Part shown: piece after piece, positions 57,096 to 64,000 of the stretch
Numbering within the stretch: the first letter of the stretch is position 1
Layout of the letters: each line of letters starts with the position of its first letter
Notes under the pieces: generated by a model
What the model saw: the letters and a program-made list of their open reading frames with translations, nothing else
The model's database searches: none
What the model was told of the DNA's origin: nothing
Translations under genes and position numbers: made by a program
Virus record (IMG/VR): IMGVR_UViG_3300033145_001546
Location: 13,256-77,255 of that record
DNA: 64,000 nt
Origin: a virus
Strand: one strand, 5' to 3'

Positions 57096-57865
57096 CCATG
57101 ATCTCCGCTTATAAATATTTTCAAATAGTAATAAAGCACACCTGATATAACAACTTCAGTTTTCAATAGTGGCCGCACTCGAAAAGAAAAATCCCTATCC
57201 TCCCCTTCATTTTTATTCGGGAATCTTACTTGTAAAGCCAACTCTCTTTTAATAGCATTCAAGTGGTTAGGACTTCTGTAATATATACCCCTCTTTTTGA
57301 ACCACTTTTTATATTTAAGGGAATGGAAAAAGGAGTATTCCACATTCTCTCTTATCAACAAACCTTGCAAACTACAACAATCCGGATTTTCTTGAAGTGC
57401 CCATAGGATTTTTGATACATAATTTATAGAAACCACATCGTCATCATCTACAAAAGCAACATAATCTCCGTTGGCTCTCCTCAATAGTTTGTTTCTTTTT
57501 TTTCCTGTAGTCTTTTCTCCCGAATCTTTTTGAATAATAATTTCGACTGAATCAACCATTTGGGGTTTCAATATACGCAACAGCCTTTTTAATAAGTCTT
57601 TCCTATCTTCCAGCGTGCAAATAAGAATCGAAAATTTCTTTTTCCCCATACGCTTTATTTCAGAATCTTTCGGAGGTTTTATACGTTCTTCTGAAACAAG
57701 ATAGTCATCCAAAAACTTACCGGACACCCTTCGGAACTTTCCTCGGAATTGCTCATCTAACTTCCTAACACTCAAAATAATGTCACCCTTCTTATAAAGA
57801 ATAGTTTTACCATTAGGAAGTGTTTCTTCATGATTACCACCAGTCAGTTCGTATCTATACATCAT
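57092..57865 (-). CDS. GT2 glycosyltransferase
   Basis: SILICT, GKKRN, YVAFVDDDD, GED..F. Confidence 0.82.
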   Translation of the reverse strand: MMYRYELTGGNHEETLPNGKTILYKKGDIILSVRKLDEQFRGKFRRVSGKFLDDYLVSEERIKPPKDSEIKRMGKKKFSILICTLEDRKDLLKRLLRILKPQMVDSVEIIIQKDSGEKTTGKKRNKLLRRANGDYVAFVDDDDVVSINYVSKILWALQENPDCCSLQGLLIRENVEYSFFHSLKYKKWFKKRGIYYRSPNHLNAIKRELALQVRFPNKNEGEDRDFSFRVRPLLKTEVVISGVLYYYLKIFISGDHG

Positions 57866-58509
57866 TTAATCTCCCCCAAAGGCGCATAAGGAATCAGCCC
57901 ATTCAATCGACTATTAGCCGAATGAGAAACAACCCGTATATCCGTTTCTTCTCTTATTCGTTTCAATGCAATTCTAAAATTGATGTAAAACTTTTCCATA
58001 TCAACATCCGATGTGGTCTTTTGGTTCTTATACCGATTATGATAATGCTGCTCGTGGGCGAAGCACTGAATCAAATCAAATCCCAACAAATGGATTCGTT
58101 TATATCCTAATAATACAGCCAACTGAAAACCACAGAATCCACTATTATAGCCCGTCCGGAAATCATTGAACTCAAAACCAATTCCCACCACCCCAGCATT
58201 CCTTATCACCATATGAACACTAAAGAGGTCAAGCACCCTCCCCGACCGATGAACAAACTTCCCATCTTTCCACTTCATAGAACAATGATTCGGATTGGTA
58301 ACTAATACCCACGTGGTATCTACGTCTTTATAACACCCATCTTGGATTTTTATAAACTGTCCGGAATCTGCAGTGATGCAATAGGTAGGATTAGGAACAT
58401 CCAAAGCCGATCCATTTACAGCAATAGTATCTTTATCCTTTAAGGACTTAAAATCAAATCCTTTTAGACTACCCCCACCACCTACAATATAAACATCTTC
58501 TTTTCTCAT
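57862..58509 (-). CDS. DUF115/Maf-like (GT-related) protein
   Basis: IVGGGGSL, IAVN, NSG...QLAVLLGYKRIHLLGFD. Confidence 0.7.
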   Translation of the reverse strand: MRKEDVYIVGGGGSLKGFDFKSLKDKDTIAVNGSALDVPNPTYCITADSGQFIKIQDGCYKDVDTTWVLVTNPNHCSMKWKDGKFVHRSGRVLDLFSVHMVIRNAGVVGIGFEFNDFRTGYNSGFCGFQLAVLLGYKRIHLLGFDLIQCFAHEQHYHNRYKNQKTTSDVDMEKFYINFRIALKRIREETDIRVVSHSANSRLNGLIPYAPLGEIK

Positions 58510-58522
58510 TATAATCCCATAC

Positions 58523-61500
58523 CTACGATACTGTTATTGCTTCACTTGTATGCTGAGTTATTTCTCCGGTTTTTGTTCTCGCATAGCCTATATATGTTTT
58601 AGGCAATGCAGCAGAACTATGAGTTGCCGAATTGCTATCTTGCCATCCGGTGTCCCATCCAGAGGCAGTAAATCTATATTCCACCTCTCTATCCCCCTCT
58701 GGGCCAAAAGCTGGGTACAATATCATATCAACGTCTCCAGCAGAATCAGCTATTGGTTCTATTTCCCAAAGCCCTGTAGGAGAACATATGGTGTCTTCCT
58801 CCGCAACAACTTCTTCAACGTCAGAAAACGCAGTATAATTATCCGTTTGCCCCGCACCAGCGGCAGAGGCATCATCTTTCGCCCGAACCTTAAATGCCCA
58901 ATCTTGAAGGTCATTTACGAATGCTTCTGCAAGGTCAGTTGTTGTGCCACCATCATCAGAACTGCTTCCAACACCCATATCTAAAATTTCATCATAACGA
59001 TGGTCCTCTTGCAAAGCATCAAAATCTCCATTTCCTGCTGATGGTGTTCCTGAGCCTTCCGAACCTACAAAATCATATTCTTCTCCATTCCCCTCTAAAT
59101 CTTCCATTAGAATAGAAACCATTTTAATACGAAATTCCGCTGTATAAAACGCACTTAGGTAACAAACCCCGTCCGCATCTCCTTGGGGCCTATTTGCATC
59201 GTATATGGTCGGCTTCTGAAAAAACGCTATTGGTTCGTGTACTGGAGGCTTTTCATCCTTTGTTGGATCGAGTAGTTTCTTACACGCATAAGTGTCATCT
59301 CGTATCCAAGCCGCATCTGGAACATAATCCCAATTAAAAAGTCCTATTATAGAAATACTTGCTTTTGCATGGATATCCAAATTTACTCTTATTATACCTT
59401 CCCAATCCGGTACCACTGGGGGTGGAACACCTTCGCGAAGTTCTGCAAAGTTATCTAACCATACACGAACATATTGAAGATTTTCTGTTGTAGATAAAAC
59501 AGTAGTTGCTAATATCGAAAAATAATAAGTTCCTTCACCAAAATTAGGTTGAGTATATTTATTTGCTCCTATACCCGCAATAATTCCTAATTGACGTAAA
59601 GATGTTTCTGTTACTGTAACTGTACTTTCCTCAATTTCAACATTCAAATAAATTTCGGCTAATCCTGCTACTTTTGCAAAATTTGTGAACTTAAATGCTG
59701 CTTCCTGATAATCCGGAGGCTCTTGCCACTCCCAAGGCAAATCTCCCCCCCAATATTCAGTATCTTTGTCCCATTCTAAATCATATCCTGCAGCATTAGG
59801 CCATAATGACATGTCTGATTCAATATACTTACGTGCCCATGCATCCCACCCATGCGACAAATCAAACTGATTTGCACTTGCCCAATTTTTCGGCAAGTCT
59901 TCATCGTCAAAACCCTCGACCTCATCATCCCCAGATATTTGTGCTCCCTTCTTAGTAATGCCAACCGAACCAGTTAAATCTTTATATATCAATTGGTCTA
60001 ACACATCGATCATATGCTGTAAAACTAAAACAGCCCGCTCATAATAATCAACACTGTTGTGAATATGAACTGGCCCATGACGTTCTAATAAATTCGTTGC
60101 ATAGTTTCCAAATTCGCCCACTGCCGGTGCTTGTTTAGAATACAAACTATTAAAGTGCCACCATTCATTTTCAGCTAATGGCTTTTGAAGACTATTATGA
60201 ACGAGACTAATATAATTACCAATCTCAACACCATCCGGAGTACCACTTTCATAATCTCGCATAAATCCCGTCACACCTGGGTCTATTGCCTCTGCACCAT
60301 CAACATACCCCAAAGTATATTTAGGTATTTTTCTCCACGTACCATGTGGAGTTGGTGCTTCCCACTCTGCTGCTGCTTCATCTCCACTATCTGGAGGATC
60401 ATTATGATTGTTTGCTTCCCCGAAAAGAATATTGCCATAGAAGTCTTTTATATCATACGGGACATAAATGTTCTCTATGTCATACCACCAATCGTATGCG
60501 TCTATATCAGATAAAACCTTTTCTATTGCTGATTCATTCTCGCCCCAATACTTTGAGGTCAAAAGGTCATGCGCCGGTTGTGCTGAATTTTCTTGCGGAC
60601 GATACCCCGCTAAATCCCATCCACCACTATCATGCCACAATGTCTCATAAGTATCAACTCCATCTACTGGGTCTACTGTAAGACGATTACAATCAAGCCA
60701 ATTTGTCTTATAAGCAGCATTAACCTCTGCTATGAAATTACCAGCTTGAGCTGCAATTTCAATCCACGCCCAAAGACATCTTGAGTCATATTTATATTCC
60801 CTCCAAATTTCTCGTTGCTTATGCCACTTTGAATCATTATCAAACGGAGGATAAGAACCAGTAACAAAATTAGATGACCCATCCCACGTAACAGTTCGAT
60901 AAGTTTCAGACGATGTCTTGACATTATTTGGTGGGTCTACTTCTTGTTCAGTTTGAGAACCTTGTGCAGCCAGCATAGTTGGAAAATCAGTCAATTGGGC
61001 TTTTTGAATCTCTACTTTATTTCCAGCTATGTTCCAAGCCAAACGGTCTGTATTAGCATACCAATGTGGGGGCACCCGCTCTTTTGGATCAGTTTGAATT
61101 GGTAGCATCCGCCAAGACTCCACAATTGTAAAATAATCAACGGCAAGTCTTGTCTGCGACATACCAACCCATCTCATAGCATTACGATCATAATGATGAT
61201 ACCGATAACGATTTGTTGTTCTTATCCAATACCGACTATTATTTCGTGAGAATTTTCCACCATCAGGAGGACGCCACTCATCATCACATCGCGCATTATC
61301 TGTTGCCTTATGAATCATATCCTTATCGTCAACGAAATCTACGTTTCCATCTATTGAGGCCCGTGGACAAAAAGCATACCAATCACCCCCAAAATCACAA
61401 GCCGCTTCTCCTCCTTTAGAATAACCACCTGCATAACTTCTATCATTTAGCAATACAAACTCATTCTCCTCGTGAAAATCCTCCAAACGCACAAGAACAT

Positions 61501-62212
61501 AATCACCACCACTATCGTTGATTCGACGACTCGATTTTATCCTCCAATACCCATTAGCCTCTGCTGTATCTGCATTCACACCACTCACAAGAATCGGACA
61601 ACCCGGAAGCAAATTGCCAAAGACTGTTTCATTATTCCCTCCTGCTGGAGTATGAATCGTACTATTTGTAAACCATAGTTCGGAGTATCCAACGCCGTCA
61701 TGGTCTTGTGTTGCTCCTATTAAATCGTAAGCATTCGCCCCTGCCTCATCAATACTATTCCCCCAACGCCCCTCATACCAAACATCTACGAAAAATGGTC
61801 CTCTTTGAACCTCACTTGAGGGACCCGAACCATAATCATTAAAAGCATCACCCTGACGAAAACCACCATTTGTACCTGCCCAACCAACGTCATAAAAAGT
61901 AGCATCAGCCCAAGCATCTCCAAAGCCCCCTATCTCACTGTGGAGTACCCAATAATTTGCCCAACTTGCTCCTGAACCAGGTTCACTTATTGCTGCTGAA
62001 GTATGAGGCACTTTACATCGGTATGTCTTTCCTCCATTATCTACTAAAGTTGGCTCATTTACTAAGGCCGTTGTAGTTTGAGGACCTATGAGAATTAACC
62101 AAAGTCTTTTGCGGATGTCTTCTGTTAACTGATGAGCTAACTCTTCCCCCACTGCCAAAGGATAATCATAATCTTCCCAGCTGGCATTTCGTTGGGACCT
62201 TGTCATTTCCAC
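58523..62212 (-). CDS. Large virion/tail protein with carbohydrate-binding-like module
   Basis: 1229 aa, acidic and Trp-rich; V.NGGKTYRCKVPHTS...PG....W resembles CBM5/12; downstream of tail genes. Confidence 0.55.
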   Translation of the reverse strand: MEMTRSQRNASWEDYDYPLAVGEELAHQLTEDIRKRLWLILIGPQTTTALVNEPTLVDNGGKTYRCKVPHTSAAISEPGSGASWANYWVLHSEIGGFGDAWADATFYDVGWAGTNGGFRQGDAFNDYGSGPSSEVQRGPFFVDVWYEGRWGNSIDEAGANAYDLIGATQDHDGVGYSELWFTNSTIHTPAGGNNETVFGNLLPGCPILVSGVNADTAEANGYWRIKSSRRINDSGGDYVLVRLEDFHEENEFVLLNDRSYAGGYSKGGEAACDFGGDWYAFCPRASIDGNVDFVDDKDMIHKATDNARCDDEWRPPDGGKFSRNNSRYWIRTTNRYRYHHYDRNAMRWVGMSQTRLAVDYFTIVESWRMLPIQTDPKERVPPHWYANTDRLAWNIAGNKVEIQKAQLTDFPTMLAAQGSQTEQEVDPPNNVKTSSETYRTVTWDGSSNFVTGSYPPFDNDSKWHKQREIWREYKYDSRCLWAWIEIAAQAGNFIAEVNAAYKTNWLDCNRLTVDPVDGVDTYETLWHDSGGWDLAGYRPQENSAQPAHDLLTSKYWGENESAIEKVLSDIDAYDWWYDIENIYVPYDIKDFYGNILFGEANNHNDPPDSGDEAAAEWEAPTPHGTWRKIPKYTLGYVDGAEAIDPGVTGFMRDYESGTPDGVEIGNYISLVHNSLQKPLAENEWWHFNSLYSKQAPAVGEFGNYATNLLERHGPVHIHNSVDYYERAVLVLQHMIDVLDQLIYKDLTGSVGITKKGAQISGDDEVEGFDDEDLPKNWASANQFDLSHGWDAWARKYIESDMSLWPNAAGYDLEWDKDTEYWGGDLPWEWQEPPDYQEAAFKFTNFAKVAGLAEIYLNVEIEESTVTVTETSLRQLGIIAGIGANKYTQPNFGEGTYYFSILATTVLSTTENLQYVRVWLDNFAELREGVPPPVVPDWEGIIRVNLDIHAKASISIIGLFNWDYVPDAAWIRDDTYACKKLLDPTKDEKPPVHEPIAFFQKPTIYDANRPQGDADGVCYLSAFYTAEFRIKMVSILMEDLEGNGEEYDFVGSEGSGTPSAGNGDFDALQEDHRYDEILDMGVGSSSDDGGTTTDLAEAFVNDLQDWAFKVRAKDDASAAGAGQTDNYTAFSDVEEVVAEEDTICSPTGLWEIEPIADSAGDVDMILYPAFGPEGDREVEYRFTASGWDTGWQDSNSATHSSAALPKTYIGYARTKTGEITQHTSEAITVS

Positions 62213-62787
62213 ACCGCCATTGTGCGATACTCAGACTCATTCGCTGTTGTTTCTATTTCTACGTCTAAAGACCTATCTGCGGACTTTCCTATAAAAGTCA
62301 TAGGAAGGTAAAAGAACCACTTCAAAGCCCCAGCACTGGCTTCATCTTCATCGAAGTGCTGAATGATAGGAACTCTCGCACCTACGCCAAACCATGGTAT
62401 GAAATTTCTTATATCCTCCCCGTCTGTTCCATATCCCTCATACCCCATAGCCCTATCTATGGTAATATCTGTGCCATCTTTTACCCCAGAAGAATTTATT
62501 TTTTGAACTGTGTAATCGTCAATGGCAGCAGAATCTGATTCATGATTAGGAGAAATAATCACTTCCGCAATACTTACAGCACCCCCACTTCCTCCCCCTA
62601 CTCGATACTTTATCGTACGTCTTAGGACTTCATCTATATTCAATCGAAGGGTAATGCCTGCTGGAGTGCCCGTTGCTCTGATAAAAGGGTCCCCAGTTAT
62701 CCGAAACATTAAATTGAGGGCATCCACCAACTGATTCAAGCAACTGACTGTTTCTTCCGGACCTACTGAGAATCTTTGAATAGTCAT
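62203..62787 (-). CDS. Putative tail protein
   Basis: Position in the tail operon. Confidence 0.5.
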   Translation of the reverse strand: MTIQRFSVGPEETVSCLNQLVDALNLMFRITGDPFIRATGTPAGITLRLNIDEVLRRTIKYRVGGGSGGAVSIAEVIISPNHESDSAAIDDYTVQKINSSGVKDGTDITIDRAMGYEGYGTDGEDIRNFIPWFGVGARVPIIQHFDEDEASAGALKWFFYLPMTFIGKSADRSLDVEIETTANESEYRTMAVWK

Positions 62788-62788
62788 T

Positions 62789-63655
62789 TTACACGCCCAA
62801 TGCCGTCAGCAAAGCATCAAAATCGGCCTCCCTTTGAATTCGATCATTTCTATAAGCAGGTTCAGCACCATGACTAAATACATCACCGGGGACTTTCCCG
62901 CTATAAGGGTCTCGGAAAACAGATTGCACATCGTAAGTATCGAACTTATATTGAAATTGAACTTTAACTTGATAGGTACTCCGATTGTCTGTAGTCCTCC
63001 AAGTTATCCCCATACACAACCAAGTCCTGGCAGCATACGTTCTCCACACCCCATTATTAACATGGCCTTGGTACGCTTCATTCAAAGCTTCTAATTTATC
63101 CTCATCTGTATTTTGCATTCGTAAAGCAATAGTATATACTCTGGCAGGAATATAAATAGAAACCACAGGAAGTTCTGACTTAAAGGTCACAGGCTTCGTT
63201 AATAAATTAGGCTCTCCGTCATCATCCAAAGGTTCTTTTGGATTTTTTTCTCCTATTTGATATTGATAAGATAAAGGCAACAAATTAACACCATTGTAAT
63301 CTTTTGTTGTTTCTGCTTGAACTAAAGAACAGTCCATGGAAATATCATTTTGTCCTAATGTAATTACCCTCCATGGACCCTTTGGAGTTTCCCAAGTCAA
63401 TTCCAATTCAATCCAATTAGGTTCTATGGCAACGGCTCGTATCTTTTTGAGATAACAAGAGGCAACTGCGGGGTGAAGATCATTTATTTCAGGAACACCC
63501 GTATCATTGATGGCCTCAAATACCCGTACTGCATTATCAGCCCGTCCCGATTGCTCCACTGGATCGACAACTATGAGCTTGCTGGTGAACTTATACCCAA
63601 AACGGGTTAATTCCCCGTCATTATTGTCTATCATATCATTCCATTTAACTGCCAT
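62789..63655 (-). CDS. Putative distal tail/baseplate protein
   Basis: Immediately downstream of the tape measure-like gene. Confidence 0.5.
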   Translation of the reverse strand: MAVKWNDMIDNNDGELTRFGYKFTSKLIVVDPVEQSGRADNAVRVFEAINDTGVPEINDLHPAVASCYLKKIRAVAIEPNWIELELTWETPKGPWRVITLGQNDISMDCSLVQAETTKDYNGVNLLPLSYQYQIGEKNPKEPLDDDGEPNLLTKPVTFKSELPVVSIYIPARVYTIALRMQNTDEDKLEALNEAYQGHVNNGVWRTYAARTWLCMGITWRTTDNRSTYQVKVQFQYKFDTYDVQSVFRDPYSGKVPGDVFSHGAEPAYRNDRIQREADFDALLTALGV

Positions 63656-63664
63656 TGTTTACCC

Positions 63665-64000
63665 CTAAGAGATAACCGGAATAGCGGCCATGTCTTTCAA
63701 AAATCCCGTCTGTTTGCCCAATTCTATTAGTATTTGCCTTTGAGAATCTGGCGCTCCAATTCCAGCTTTTTCCATATCAGCCGCCCGACGCTGTCCCCTT
63801 AACAATTCCCTCCGTTGGAAACCCTTCTCCTCTTCCCTTTGCTTCATTATGTCCCTTGCTTCCGACATACCCACACCCTTCTCCACTGCTATGTCTCCAA
63901 TCTTCTTTGCCCTCTCTATAAATCCAAGCAAATTTTGTTCTGATCTTCCCATCGCATCCAAAAATTTGATACGTTTTTGAGCCGTCTCATTCCCAATGTC
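63665..64000 (-). CDS. C-terminus of probable tape measure protein (starts beyond window)
   Basis: Helical, charged; ends ILIELGKQTGFLKDMA; precedes tail genes. Confidence 0.45.
   Translation of the reverse strand, partial: DIGNETAQKRIKFLDAMGRSEQNLLGFIERAKKIGDIAVEKGVGMSEARDIMKQREEEKGFQRRELLRGQRRAADMEKAGIGAPDSQRQILIELGKQTGFLKDMAAIPVIS

Noticed and set aside
1-64000. Stop-codon reassignment, tRNA genes, integrase/prophage boundaries
   Set aside because: Genes are full length in the standard code with all three stops in use. No cloverleaf, integrase or host-like flank was recognised by eye; tRNAscan would be decisive.

Overview
A 64 kb segment of a large tailed dsDNA phage, probably lytic, apparently read across its genome terminus. 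All calls are motif recognition by eye; no database searches were run. 1-7.8 kb (- strand): head and packaging genes (prohead protease, head morphogenesis, portal, TerL, TerS). About 8.0-11.3 kb: a probable first-injected/early region almost free of the dinucleotide CA/TG. It carries a sigma70-like promoter, a structured 0.45 kb leader and small ORF cassettes separated by conserved hairpins and tandem repeats. 11.3-48.1 kb (+): early and replication genes (DUF3150-AAA-VWA trio, sigma-like factor, SNF2 helicase, primase, DnaB, clamp, clamp loader, split UDG-exo/PolA, SSB with a huge poly-Asp tract, RecA, FEN, resolvase, fragmented SbcCD). Within it lies a candidate DNA-hypermodification cluster: two SPL-like radical SAM paralogues (one fractured by a split intein), a PLP enzyme with a clamp-binding motif and a DUF2156 aminoacyl-transferase. 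48.1-58.5 kb (-): a 16-gene glycosylation island in line with the tail genes (58.5-64 kb, -). Leading hypothesis (inference): a dinucleotide-specific DNA modification or defence-evasion system whose footprint is the CA/TG-free entry zone.
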